Of a DNA stretch of 64,000 bases, positions 39,860 to 51,833 are shown piece after piece. How positions within the stretch are numbered: position 1 is the stretch's first letter; the number at the start of each line of letters is the position of its first letter. The position numbers and the translations under genes are program-made. The stretch comes from Haliotis cracherodii (taxonomy: Eukaryota), in the NCBI RefSeq assembly GCF_022045235.1, contig NW_027266319.1, positions 11,842,001 to 11,906,000 of the forward strand, given 5' to 3'. The notes beneath the pieces were generated by a model. It was not told the DNA's origin and searched no databases. It worked only from the letters and a program-made list of their open reading frames with translations.

Positions 39860-39934
39860 TCAGTAAATATTCCCAAATTCATTATTGTTTAACACTGCAT
39901 CACCAATCTTGCATGTATTCCTGGAGAGATCATC

Positions 39935-40185
39935 TTCCCTGGTCCAGTGACAGAGTGATCCCTGGCCGCATCATACCAAAAGACATTTGAAAGATGGTAC
40001 TTGTTGTTACTCTGCCTGGCACTCGGCTTAAAGGGGCTAAAAGGAGGACAGGTCGGTCCAGAGTCCATATACTGTGCCTGAGTGGGGTTTTCTTGTTAAA
40101 TTGTGGCATGGTATCTCAGTGGACTAGTACTAAAAAATCAGCATTAGTCTGGAGTAGTACACTCCGCCCTACACACACGCACACT
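39935..40185 (+). mobile_element. Meta/MESC-core SINE, diverged
   Basis: CATACCAAAAGAC...ATGGTACTTGTTG...CTGCCTGGCACTCGG core and body shared with 43138-43290 and 61310-61540. Confidence 0.65.
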
Positions 40186-40204
40186 TGCAATAAATTGTTT
40201 TTTC

Positions 40205-40413
40205 AGCAACTCATGCTTGTCGAAAGAGGCTACCAACAGGATTGAGTGGTGAGACTCACTGACTAGGTTGATGCATGTCATTGTGTCCAAATTGCGTAGA
40301 TTGATGCTCATGATGTCAATCACTGGAGTATCTGGATTAGATTATTTACAAACTACCGTCATATAGATGCATTATTATTAAGTGTGGCTTAAAACAACAA
40401 ACAAACACAAAAA
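40205..40413 (+). mobile_element. Retroposon family A, diverged and truncated
   Basis: Similarity to family A. Confidence 0.75.
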
Positions 40414-40583
40414 ACTTGGGTTAAACAGCCAAGAAACCCCTCATTGTTCTACCTATTCTAACCCGGAATCCAAGCTAAGTTTTGGGTTGCATTCGCCCAA
40501 TAGAGGAATCTGTTAAATAGTGTTATGATGAGCAATTGGCCATAAGATCTTGATAAAGCCTAGATGTTGCTGACTACAGCATA

Positions 40584-40932
40584 CAATATTCAACATAATA
40601 AGCGCCCAGGGCACTCTCAAAATTAGAAATAGGGGGCTCTTATTAGAATATTATCTTGATGAAAAAAATAGAGTTGGAAAGATTGTTAATTTCATGTTTT
40701 ATGCTGACAGCCTGAAATGTTTATATATGACAGATATATTTCCCAGAATTTAATTGCCCATAATGAAGGGTGCATATAACACACAAGTGCGTATTATACA
40801 CGAATACATTTAAGTCTTGTGTACATTGATCAATCGGAAGGGGTGCTAATTGGGATTGTACATGTGCCAGTATATCAGCAAATATTACCGTGGGCGCTTA
40901 TTAGAGCGGGGCGCTTATTACGTTGAATATGG
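40584..40932. mobile_element. MITE family M2 (pogo/Tigger-like ends)
   Basis: Imperfect ~24-bp TIR CAATATTCAACATAATAAGCGCCC / GGGCGCTTATTACGTTGAATATGG, TA flanks; second copy at 46862-47172. Confidence 0.85.
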
Positions 40933-41390
40933 TATGTTCCTTCATGCAATTAGTGCCTCATAGTATCTCAATAGGTTTGAATGTCTGGGTTATATTGGCC
41001 ACAAGCAACCTATGATTGTTTTGCGAGGCGAGGCGAGGCGAGGCGTCATAATCAAACCTGAATCATTTGGTCTGGCTTGGTAACTGTTGATTGACTGTCA
41101 TCAAACCTGGATGATATGGATTGTTGCTGCTCATAATATCAATCCCTGGTTTTTCTGGTCCAGACTTGATTATTCACAGGCCACCTTCATAGTCATTTGG
41201 CTTCCATATTGCTGAGTGTGGTGCTAAACTGAGACAACAATCACTGTACCTAAACACAATGACAGCATTACCTTGTGTTGTTCTGCTATTTGTGACCTCA
41301 GTCTAATTTTGCATTCAGACAAATAATTAATTCTGTTTTATGATCTGTGGCTGTCTTTTTAAATTATATTTTGGGGGAATTTCTTCCATT

Positions 41391-41940
41391 TTTATTCCCC
41401 CGGTTTTAATAACGGGTATATATCTATCAGCATGTCTCTCCAACAGCCGTCCGTTTTCTATTTCCTGAGCAGAACTGCAAAACTGTGAACTATTTCTTTT
41501 TGGAACTTCCTATACAGATCTACAGGTCTAGTGGGGAAAATGGCGCCTTTTGATGATTTGGGATATTTATTATTTTTATCATATTTTGTGATGATGAAAA
41601 TAAGTTCTGGAGCAGAAGTCCAAAACCATAAAATATTTCTGTTGAAACTTGGGATTTGGGATTTTTCTTCTTTTTTTACCCCTGCTTTTTACATGACAAG
41701 TTGGACTTAAACAGAAAATGAGGGTACCATTAGTACTCGTTTCCGGGACAGAACCCCCAAACCGTTGAATATTTCTGGATGAAACTTGCTATACAACATT
41801 ATTTTTTTCTTCAATGAACTGAAGGTATCCAATAGCAATGAACCAAAACTAGGGTGTAAGTAGCCAAACTCCATTTTCACATTGCAGCAGACGGGAGGCG
41901 GGGGGGGGGGGGGTTGTTATGTCATCTGATGACTCTTGTT
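41391..41940. mobile_element. Non-autonomous element with internal tandem units, possibly Helentron/HINE-like
   Basis: Homologous to 44920-45393 (AGCAGAACT...GAAACTTG...TTTGATGATTTGGGA units; terminal ATGTCATCT..GATGACTC). Class assignment is inference. Confidence 0.55.
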
Positions 41941-42026
41941 ACATCCCATGGTTACCAATCCTGTTTTCATTGAAAGATCGTAAATGAAAAAAAAACAGTA
42001 GCTATTTAATGTGTTTTGTGTTTCAG

Positions 42027-42125
42027 CCTTGCTGTGATCACATTGTGATCGAGATGAGGAAGATCGTTGACTACGTTACCAACGTAATGCAGCCGCTGTT
42101 GTCGCCGAAGTTCGTCACACCGCCG
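42027..42125 (+). CDS. IPPK: IPPK coding exon 3 (PCCDHIVIEMRKIVDYVTNVMQPLLSPKFVTPP)
   Basis: tttcag acceptor, GTGAGT donor, phase 0/0; IVDY..NVM..LL resembles vertebrate IPPK IVDF..NVM..FL. Confidence 0.88.
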
Positions 42126-42424
42126 GTGAGTGACAGCAGCTAGATGGGGACAAACCATCACTGATTCTAGTTGACATACACAAATTTCTATCAGAAAGGA
42201 TGTTGCAGATGTTGTTTGACTGCATGTCTTAGAGAAATTATCTGTAATGAAACAAGGGATGAGAAACAATGCTGTTTTGTTACCAGGGATGTGTTTTGCA
42301 ATATATTCCGACACATACAGGTATCAGTCTTCTGTTACATGTACTTGTTGTTTCCCTGCCTCGCACTCGTCATTATGGTCATTAAGGGGGGAAAAAAAGG
42401 ACTGGTCGGCATGGAATCTGTATA

Positions 42425-43135
42425 CAGTCAAGTCCCGTTTATCTGACATGGTTGGTTGCATATGATTATAACGATACAAACATGATAAAAAAAATGGAAA
42501 AAAAAATATTGATATTGTTATGTTACATTGTTAGCGGAATATGTTTTCTAATCATGAAACCTCTAAAGCTGAACATAAAACAACTTTTACGGACTGTATG
42601 ACTTATTCAAAATACTTTAAAAAGCATAGTCTGGAATGGAAGTCGCAAGTTTGAAACTGGTACTGCAAAGCTTAAGAAAGCTGCTTTCTTAGGGGCTAAC
42701 GTTGACTTCCTGTTAGTCATTTCATTGGTCGGTCATAGTTTGCGAAGGGTTGTTCTGACATGACCTGCGATAGCGAGAACTTGTATCAGATTTAAATGAA
42801 ATTGATGTTATGTAAGCATGTGATTGACCGGTTTTCTTTATTGAAACCATTATTTGTTTATTGTTCGGCAAGTTTAATATGCAGCTACCAGCCGTTTTGT
42901 TTCGCATGAAAACACAGGCTGTGAACTTGCAGGCAGATGACCACGGAGTACACTGATCACTGTGTCGGATTAACAAGACTGATTAATGAGTGATTTCGGT
43001 AATATGTTGCAAATTAGGTGTGTCAGAGTGGAAGTGCGAGACTGTTGGATTAACGGGTCTTAATAGCACTGATTTAATCGGTTCCCATCATTAGTGACAG
43101 ATAAAACAGATTGTCGGATTAACAAAACTTGACTG
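42425..43135. mobile_element. Non-autonomous DNA transposon inserted in a Meta-core SINE
   Basis: TIR CAGTCAAGTCCCGTTTATCTGACA / TGTCGGATTAACAAAACTTGACTG with TA flanks; SINE halves at ~42335-42424 and ~43138-43290. Confidence 0.75.
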
Positions 43136-44111
43136 TACTGTGTCTGAGTGTTGTATTCATGTTGAACTGCAGCATGGTATCGCAGTAAGCTAGCACTATA
43201 AAATCGGCATCAGTCCAGACTAGTACAAGCAGCCACACCCACACGTGCATGCACGTCACTATATAAGTGGATTGGGTGTAACATTGATCCCCATTTCACC
43301 TCACCTTGTGATCTGCCACTCTATATTGGGAGCTAGAGTGTTTGACAGTGATTGACCCTGATTGTACATGGAAATCCTATCTTCTACATCGATTGTCACA
43401 TTTACATTTTATTGGCTAAAGTGGTGCCAAACCTCTGATTTTCCCCTCTTGTTTGCACCGATGTTAAAGTTGACATTTTGTGGTCATGGTTACAGGGGAG
43501 ATAACAATTGAAGAGAAAAATAACTTCTGTGTTTCCACTGTTTTGTCGATCAATTTGAAAGAGAAACGTCATTTGTGAATGAATTTCTGTATGGATTTTA
43601 ATCTTAATGATACAAATAAGAACGAAACTGATGGATTTTTTACCAAATATACTGGAACAGAGAAAAAATCCATTGAAATATGTATCATTTGAAAAGCGGA
43701 TTACAGTATACAGGTAATACTATGCAGTCCTAATCGTTACCCCACTACTATATTCATAGAATGACAGAGCCTCAGATTCATGTGAATACATATCTACTTC
43801 ATGATCCATTCATTACTTGCTGTGCCTGGTATCAGAAATATGGTGTCAGTAGGACTCATGTTATGCTGAAATGATAGGGACCCTGGAATTGTGAAGCAGT
43901 GTGAATGTGGGCCGTAGTTTACTCCTCATAACAGCATCACTAAGCAATGGAACAATCATTGACTCCAATCCTTGTAGTGATAGATCTGCACACTACTGTG
44001 CTGTTCTGTCAATAACACCTGTCCGGTAATGTTGACCAGGCTGACAGGAACATATTGAATGTTATAGGTTTCTGTGTTAAGTGACCATATACGGGACAGT
44101 GTTATTGATGC

Positions 44112-44304
44112 AGAGGTGACTAACAGGATCGGGGGGTCAGGCTTGCTGACTTGGCTGATGTATGTCATCAATCCCAATTGCGTGGATCGATGCTCATGAT
44201 GTCCATCACTGGATTGTCTGGTTCAGACTTGATTATTTACAGGCCGCCATCATATAGCTTCAATATTGCTGAGTGTGGCATTAAATAACAAACAAACAAA
44301 CAAA
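44112..44304 (+). mobile_element. Retroposon family A, 5'-truncated with TSD
   Basis: Perfect TSD tgttattgatgc at 44100-44111 and 44305-44316. Confidence 0.9.
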
Positions 44305-44356
44305 TGTTATTGATGCGTTAAACCAAACTGATAAACATCGCATCAGTATACAATTA

Positions 44357-44490
44357 TGCTGCTTTCAGCAATATTCCAGTAATATCACGGTGGGGGACAC
44401 AAAAAATGGCCTTCACACATTGTACCCATGTGTTTGAACCCTTGTGTTCGGCTTGACGAGCGAACGCTTTGACCACTAGGCTACGCCAAC
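44357..44490 (-). mobile_element. SINE family B
   Basis: Family B sequence, head abutting a family C head. Confidence 0.8.
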
Positions 44491-44763
44491 GGGTGGCCCA
44501 GTCGTCTAAGGCGCCCTGATTCGCTGTGCAGAGTTTCGTGTCTTGGGCACGCCAGAAACCTATGATTGTGGGTTCAAATCCCGGTTCGCCCTGATTATGT
44601 TTCTATGTTTGTCAGCACCATACCCGTGCTCGTGGGTTTCACCGAAGTAGTAAATGTCCGAGACCTGCATCACTTCGGGCTTTCCTCCCACATTAAGCTG
44701 ACATGCCGTGATATAACTGGAATACCGTTAAAAGCGGTGTTAAACTCAACTCACTCACTCACT
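44491..44763 (+). mobile_element. SINE family C
   Basis: Matches 39583-39859. Confidence 0.88.
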
Positions 44764-44919
44764 AAAAGAGGTGCAAAGTCCTACCCATCCACTCATCAGC
44801 CATGTGCTGCCCCCTAGTGGCCTGTCTATGAGAATAGGCCCCCAGTGCTAAAATGACAGTGAATTTTATGACAATAAACAAATTGCAAAATGAATCCATG
44901 GCATTTGATTAGCAATATT

Positions 44920-45393
44920 ATTATGCCCCTAGTTTGAAAAATGGGTAAAAAGCGATCAGCATGCCGGTCCATCCTTCAGCCGTCAGTTTTCCAATTCGGG
45001 AGCAGAACTCCTAAACCTTTGAAAAAGTCCTTGATAAAACTTGCTATACACATCAGTCTAGTGGTGAACTTGTGCCTTTTGATGATTTGGGATTTTTATA
45101 TTTTTGTTTTGTTTTCGTGGCGACAAGTTGATGAGGGTAGTGCTCATTTCTGGACCAGAACACCAAAACCGTTGACTATTTCTGGATGAAACTTGATATT
45201 CAGATCAGTCTGGTGGTGAACTGGTGCCTATTGATGATTTGGGAATATTAGAAAATACTGAACAGCAATATCTTTATTCTTCATTAACTGAAGGCAATGG
45301 CAATGAACCAAAAACGTGGTATAAGTAGCCAAACTCCATTTCAGAATTGCACCAGATCGGAGGGATATGTCATCTCCTGATAACTCGATCTTA
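44920..45393. mobile_element. Second copy of the 41391-41940 element
   Basis: Shared internal units and terminus. Confidence 0.55.
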
Positions 45394-45913
45394 TTTCTGT
45401 TTATGTTTCCATTATTGAAGTCAATTCTTAATTATATCCAAGCAGCAGGGATCAATGTCTGTGCTGTTGACTGGCCTATCTGGTTCAGACTATTCATTGC
45501 AATATTAGATGCAGTATTGCTAGCAGCAGAGTGGCATACAAGTCACCTCAACCAAGCCATCACACTAGTTATAATCATATTAACGTGAAATTAGAATGTA
45601 TTTTGGTCTATTTGGGACAAGTGAATATTATGGTATTCTTGAATTCTTTAAATTTAAAGAGAACTCGAAACTTTGTTATCATCATGATCATGACAAGTTC
45701 TTTAGTGTACTGAAATGCATCTCAGTTTTGTCAAACTTACATTAAAGAGTAAGTGAGTATTGTTTTACACCGCTTTTTGCATTGTTCCAGCAGTATCAGG
45801 GCGGGGACACCAGATATGGGCCTCACATTTAAAGAAAGAATTGCATATTGACATATCCTATTTTGGTAACTTTAGTAAGCTGAACTTAGCTTAACTTGCT
45901 TGCATGCTCAAAA

Positions 45914-46078
45914 TGAGTGAGTGAGTATGGTTTTACGTCGCTTTTAGCAATGTTCCAGCCATATCTCGGCGGGGAACACCAGAAATGGGCTTCACACATT
46001 GTACCCATGTCGGGAATCGAACCCGGGTCTTCAGCGTGACGAGCGAACGCTTTAACCACTAGGCTACCCGACCGCCCC
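45914..46078 (-). mobile_element. SINE family B, full length
   Basis: TSD gcatgct(c/t)aaaa at 45902-45913 and 46079-46090. Confidence 0.92.
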
Positions 46079-46099
46079 GCATGCTTAAAAGAGGATACA

Positions 46100-46289
46100 C
46101 TTTATCGTAAGATGGGACTAACAGGTTCCAGTTGTCAGGCTCACTGACTTGGTTGATGTCACCAATTGCATGGATCGATGCTCATGATATCAATGACAGG
46201 ATTATCTGGTCCAGTCTTGATTATTTACAGACCGCCGTCATATAACTGGAATATGGCTGAGTGCGGCGTTAAACAAGATACAAACAAAA
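46100..46289 (+). mobile_element. Retroposon family A, truncated
   Basis: 3' part of family A. Confidence 0.8.
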
Positions 46290-46400
46290 TCACATTGTCA
46301 CTTGTAAGCATAATCAAGATGGAGTACTGTGCATTGTTTATTGGTGTCCGTCATATGCTTACAGTTTATGGAGCTAATATGAAGTCTTTATGTTTTTAAG

Positions 46401-46467
46401 GTTGTTGCGGAAATCTCAGAAGGCTTTGCTGAGGAGGCAGAGAAGAGAAATCAAAATATGAGACCTG
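46401..46467 (+). CDS. IPPK: IPPK coding exon 4 (VVAEISEGFAEEAEKRNQNMRP)
   Basis: tttttaag acceptor, GTAGGA donor, phase 0/1 compatible with exon 5; ends in the conserved RP. Confidence 0.82.
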
Positions 46468-46630
46468 GTAGGAAAGAGGATGAAGATTAACTTAAAGCTT
46501 CTTAAATAGTTAAAACATTCAGAATGATAATGAACATTATATATTGTACAACATGAAGTTTCTTCTTCAGTTGTGTTTCAAGTTGATGATTTTGCTGACT
46601 CAACAACGAAGAATTTTCACTTTTTTCCAG

Positions 46631-46776
46631 CTAGTCGAAGAAAGAAGTCGGTTGACCTTGTTGATGCCAGGTCAAGGTCAGCCCTGGTTATGCCCGACTT
46701 CTGTTTTGTGTCAAAAAGAGACAGCATTCCTGTAGAACTAGAGGAGACACAGCCTACTATAAGCATTGAGATCAAG
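46631..46776 (+). CDS. IPPK: IPPK coding exon 5 (ASRRKKSVD...ALVMPDF...PTISIEIK)
   Basis: ttttccag acceptor, GTACGT donor, phase 1/0; first half of the EIKPK motif. Confidence 0.92.
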
Positions 46777-46861
46777 GTACGTGTTAACAAGTGTTATAGT
46801 CTACCATTTATAGTGCAGAAACTAAGGTTAAACAAGAGTCATAATTTACTGTTAGTATATA

Positions 46862-47172
46862 CCGTATTCGATGTAGTAAGCACCCAGGGCGCTCTCAAAA
46901 TTAGAAATAGGGGGCTCTTATTACAATATTATCTTGGTGAAAAAAATAGAGTTATAAAGATCGTAAATTTCGTGGTTTATGCTGACAGCCTGAAATGTTT
47001 ATACACGACAGATATATTTTTCCAGAATTTAATTGCCCATAATTAAGGGTGCATATAACACACAAGTGCGTCTTGTGTACATTGATCAATCTGGAAGGGG
47101 TGCTAATTGGGATTGTTCACTAGCCAATATATTAGCAAATATCGCCGTGGGCGCTTATTACATCGTATACGG
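46862..47172. mobile_element. MITE family M2
   Basis: CCGTATTCGATGTAGTAAGCACCC / GGGCGCTTATTACATCGTATACGG TIRs, TA flanks. Confidence 0.85.
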
Positions 47173-47356
47173 TAACAGTAAATGAAGAATGAGACTCGGT
47201 TTCATATGCAGTGGATAACTCATTTCGACTGAACCACAATGTTATCATGACATTATAAGATGGTAGATATGTTAATGTAACAGATTTATTTTCTTGTGTT
47301 AATTTGTGCAGAAGGAGAAAATTATTTTTTCGTTAATGTGCCCTTGAAAATTTCAG

Positions 47357-47449
47357 CCCAAGAAGGCTTTCATCCCTAGTCCTGTGGCTATTGACCGAAC
47401 CTCCATCAAGCACCAAGTCTGCAAGTTCTGCATGCACCAGCGCTTGAAG
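47357..47449 (+). CDS. IPPK: IPPK coding exon 6 (PKKAFIPSPVAIDRTSIKHQVCKFCMHQRLK); gene continues beyond
   Basis: Completes EIK|PK; KHxVCxFCMHQxLK motif characteristic of IP5 2-kinase; tttcag acceptor, GTACGC donor. Confidence 0.93.
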
Positions 47450-47515
47450 GTACGCAGGGGAACTATTGCTGCATCTCACCATACATCTCACCATACATCT
47501 CACCATACGTCTCTA

Positions 47516-47736
47516 TGTTGTTTGTTTGTTTGTTGTTTCCTGCCGTACTCAGCAATATTCCAGCTGTTTGACGGCGGTCAAGACAATCCAGTGATTGACA
47601 TCATGAGCATCGAACCACGCAGTTGGGATCGATGACATGCATCAACCAAACCTGACCCCCCAATCCTGTTAGTCGCCTCTTACGACAGCAAGCATGGGTT
47701 GCTGAAGACCTGTTCTACCCTGGATCATCATGGGTC
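47516..47736 (-). mobile_element. Retroposon family A, intact 5' end, internal deletions
   Basis: Starts GACCCATGATGATCC; degenerate ccatac...cta TSD. Confidence 0.85.
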
Positions 47737-47822
47737 CCATACACCACTAACATTTCACCACACTGACATGTCATTTCATCCCTACACCTCACCATACACC
47801 TCACCGTGTTTCTCACCATACA

Positions 47823-47984
47823 GGGGCGGTCGGGTAGTCTGGTGGTTAAAGCGTTCGCTCGTCACGCCGAAGACCCGGGTTCGAATCCCGACATGGGTAC
47901 AATGTGTGAAACCCATTTCTGGTGTCCCCCGCCGTGATATTGCTGGAATATTGCTAGAAGCAGCGTAAAACAATACTCACTCAC
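47823..47984 (+). mobile_element. SINE family B, full length
   Basis: Perfect TSD tctcaccataca at 47811-47822 and 47985-47996. Confidence 0.92.
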
Positions 47985-48194
47985 TCTCACCATACACCTC
48001 ACTGCTCTTCCCTAGATGTCAAAAGACCAGTGAAAAAGAAACCATTCTTGCCGTAAAAGGCGACTATGCTTGTCATAAGAGGCGACTAACTACGTCTCAA
48101 AATACATCACCACGTACACTTCACCATGTATCTCACCATGTAAAGAAATCTATGTATGTTGCATGGGTAGAGTATTTTTAATTGGGCCCACCAG

Positions 48195-48765
48195 TAGAAA
48201 CCCAAGGAGCCCCTGAATAGATGCTCAAGAGACTCCTGAGTTGGGGCCCCTGAATAGAGGCCCTCATCTCGAGGCCAAACGGCCCCTGAATAGAGGCTCA
48301 TTTTGTAGAGACCCTAGAGGCCCTTATCTAGAGGCCCAAAAGGCCCCTGAGTAGAGGCTCTTTTTATAGAGACCCAAGACGCCTCTGACTAGAGGCCCTT
48401 ATGTAGGGATTTAAGAGGCCCTAGAATTGAAGTGGAGCCTTGAGGGCCAAGTAGACCTGGAGTTGATGCCGCTGGGTGGAGGCCAATGAGGCTCTTGAGT
48501 AGAGGTCCTGGAGTTGATGCCACTGGGTAGAGGCTCATGAGGCTCTTGAGTAAAGGTCCTGGAGTAGAGGCTGCTGGCTAGAGGCCCAGGAGGCCTGTGA
48601 ATGGATGCCTCAGATGTCCTTGAGTAGTGGCTCATTATTTGAGGTCAAGGAGACTTTGAGTTGAGGCTGTGGAGGCCAATTGACACCGAAAAAGGCCATT
48701 GAGTGAATGCCATTGAGGCCCTTTTGTGGTGGCCAAAAGGCCCCTGAGTTGGGGCCCTTGAGCAG
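48195..48765. repeat. Degenerate GAGGCC/CCCCTGA-rich repeat block
   Basis: Recurring AGAGGCCC, CCCCTGAATAGAGG and CCTGAGTTGGGGCCC motifs. Confidence 0.6.
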
Positions 48766-48826
48766 TGTTAAAGGGATTGGTGTCTTGGGGTATGTTGGAG
48801 GGTTGAGAATAGCAAGTCAAGGAATA

Positions 48827-49745
48827 TGAGGGCTGGTCAAAATGTTCCATGCCTGACTAACTTTCAACTGAGGGCCATAACAAATTGAACTAGTCAATGA
48901 AGTACATTGTTTGAGCAGTTCATTGCAAGTGTGTTTGATCTGTTTAGGCCGTTTGTATATTAGTGACAGCCAGTTGAATGTGATGGGGGTCCAAATGGAT
49001 ACAAATGGAAAAGAACAAGTACCGAATAGTCCTCAAGGTTTTGACATTTGAGAAAAGTACTCCCCAAGAAAGTCATGACCACGTGTTACAAGCTATGAGG
49101 ATAAAGGACCTAGCTATTCCATTGTTAAACGTTGGTCCGCAATTATGTTTAAGGCCGGGAGAACAAGTCTTGATGATGACCTTAGGTCTGGATGTCCCTC
49201 AACTTCTGTCAATGAAGATTAAATCAAGGAGATAAAAAAACATATACTGTCAGATAGACGTATTACCATTGCTGAACTTGAGAAAGACACATGGATCCAT
49301 TGAAACTATTATTTATGAACATGGTCAGATGAATAACATATCTTCTCATTGGGTGCCATAGTTTCTGAATTTTCATCTTAAGGACAAAAGAGCTTCCATT
49401 GGCAGAGAAAATTTACTGCTGATTGAGGAGGATTTCATCAAATTCAAAAACTTCCCCACCCTCCATACTCGCCATACCTGGCGCCAAGTGATTTCCACCT
49501 GTTTCTGAAACTGAAAGAACACCTTCGTGGAAAGCGCTATGATGACAATGATGACCTCAAAGCTGCAGTACATGGGTTTTCAGGGTGGCTTTGAAAAAGT
49601 TCTTCCTGACCGATTGAAAAGTTTCACTATCGATTTGAGAAGTGGATTGAAAAACCGGGAAATTATGTTGAAAAATAAGATTCAAAACACTTTCACGAAT
49701 GTTGTTTTTTGTTTGTTAGGCTTAGAACATTTTGACCATCCCTCG
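48827..49745 (+). mobile_element. Mariner transposon relic with frameshifted, internally deleted transposase
   Basis: ~30-bp TIRs (YGAGGGMTGGTCAAAATGTTC...) with TA flanks; fragments MEKNKYRIVLK, PSYSIVKRWS, GRTSLDDDLRSGCPST, HWVP, HPPYSPYLAPSDFHLF. Confidence 0.9.
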
Positions 49746-51550
49746 TATTATGCCAGTACAATATGTCACTAATGGAGCTCACGAGCTTTGTGTTCCTTTG
49801 TGATAAAAACGGTTAATATAATTGGAAAGAAAGTGGCACGATTTATACATTTTTCAGAAACTTACATAACATTTTAGTATTGACCTTCTCATCAAGCATG
49901 ACACAATCTGGGATTACATAGAACTGTACTCAGTATACCTCCTATGATTTGACCTGTGAAGACTTTATACAACAATCTCATTAGTGCTACGAGGATATCC
50001 ATCAAGGTCTTGTGACATTTGTCGAGATCAAGTTCTCCCAGTCACATGTACTCAATGGTCGTTATATATATGTCTTCGACCTTCACAGCACAGACCCTAA
50101 TGACCACCCAATCATAATTACTCCAGATCGTGACTATTGGAAATCTATTCCGGCTGACATTATGCATGTTTAAATCTGTATTGCATATTTGCCTGGCTAT
50201 TTGTCTGTCACAGCCTGACTGGCCAGGCCAATTATTGCCAACACTGTCACTGGAAATAGCTGTTGTATCATGTCCAGGGTATTGGTCACCATGGTGATGA
50301 TAATTGTGATGGTCAGCAGATTGCTTGTATCATGTAATGGCTAGGGGGAATAATGGCGATGTGAGATTAGGGATGTGAAGGGGAAACCACACTCCAAGAT
50401 TAAAAGGTTTGAAATATGGATGTGCGTTTTCTTCTCGTATTCAAAATTTGCTTATTAGGGACTATAATTTTAACTGGTTTGATTTGTGTTCGGCGCTATT
50501 CTGAATTTCTTGCTGCGTTGTGCGAAGCAAAACCTGTCGGATGTATCGAAGAATGAGAAGCCATATATCATAACAAAGGTATACGATAAAGAGCTGCAGC
50601 CAGACTATCATGTGTTTTGTTGTTGATTCATGCATATATGACTTGAAAGGGTGAAGCTATCGGTCAACAGTGTACAATAAAAAACTACATAGTATCCCTA
50701 CAGAAAATTCAGGTAAATGAACAGGTGGTAACAAACTTGATTATTAAAAATGTGAAATTCAGATACATTTTCACTAAACATGATGATTTACCCTTTAAAT
50801 CGTATTTTCTGTTCTGCTGTGCATTGTTTTGCATATGCAGAAATAAAGATTATTGTGTGTATTTTCTCGTAAACAAAGCAGGAAATTGCAATCAGCTGCC
50901 AATCTACCCCTGATTCATTTAAAATACACAATAAAATCAACTTCAAAGTATTTTATGCAATTATAGGATGAATAGTAAAATGTTATCCTATCAGATATAA
51001 GATATTCCAACATGGAGTTATTTTTTTTGCAGCATTTACTATATATATGTAAAATAATTATAACCATAAGCACTTTGGAACAACTGATTGCTATTGCCAG
51101 ATATGTTTTACATACAGAACAGTGTGATCAGTCACTGTTGAGGCAACCTCCACGTTCTTGTTTCAGCAAATGAATGGAAATAAAATGCAAATGTCGTAAT
51201 TACAAGAAACAAAATGTTATATTTATAATATCAGGCAGTTACCTTGTTTGACGAATGTATCCATCTGCTTTAGGAAACCTACATATATAAACACTTACTT
51301 TTGACAAATCCACTGTGCAAAATAACAGTGATTAATCAATCAACGTATTAACGGTTAATCCTTTGATCGATGGTTTTTAGCAACTCTACTGATTATTCCT
51401 CTATTGCTGCCTTGCCACGTGCATATTATATAACATGTAGTACATTCACCTCATCAGGGGATTTATGACACAAGCCTAGATTAAATAATTACCCCAGACA
51501 CAATGCGAGAACCATTGAGTGCTTTATTACCTTGATACCCTCATAGGCAG

Positions 51551-51833
51551 CGGGGGGGGAACAGGTGGCCCAGTCGTCTAAGGCGCCATGATTCGCTGTG
51601 CAGAGTTGCATCCCTTGGGCACACCAGAAACCTATGATTGTGGTTCGAATCCTGGTTCGCCCCGATTATGTTTCTAGGTTTGTCAGCACCATACCCGTGC
51701 TCGTGGGTTTCACCGAAGTGGTAAACATCTGAGACCTGCATCACTTCGGGCTTTCCTCCCACATTAAGCTGACAAGCCGCGATAAAACTGGAATACTGTT
51801 AAAAGCGGCGTTAAACCCAACTCACTCACTCAC
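51551..51833 (+). mobile_element. SINE family C
   Basis: Matches the family; TSD ctcataggca. Confidence 0.88.

Noticed and set aside
46573-47046. 157-aa ORF as a single gene
   Set aside because: Only 46631-46776 is an IPPK exon; the rest is intron and a MITE.
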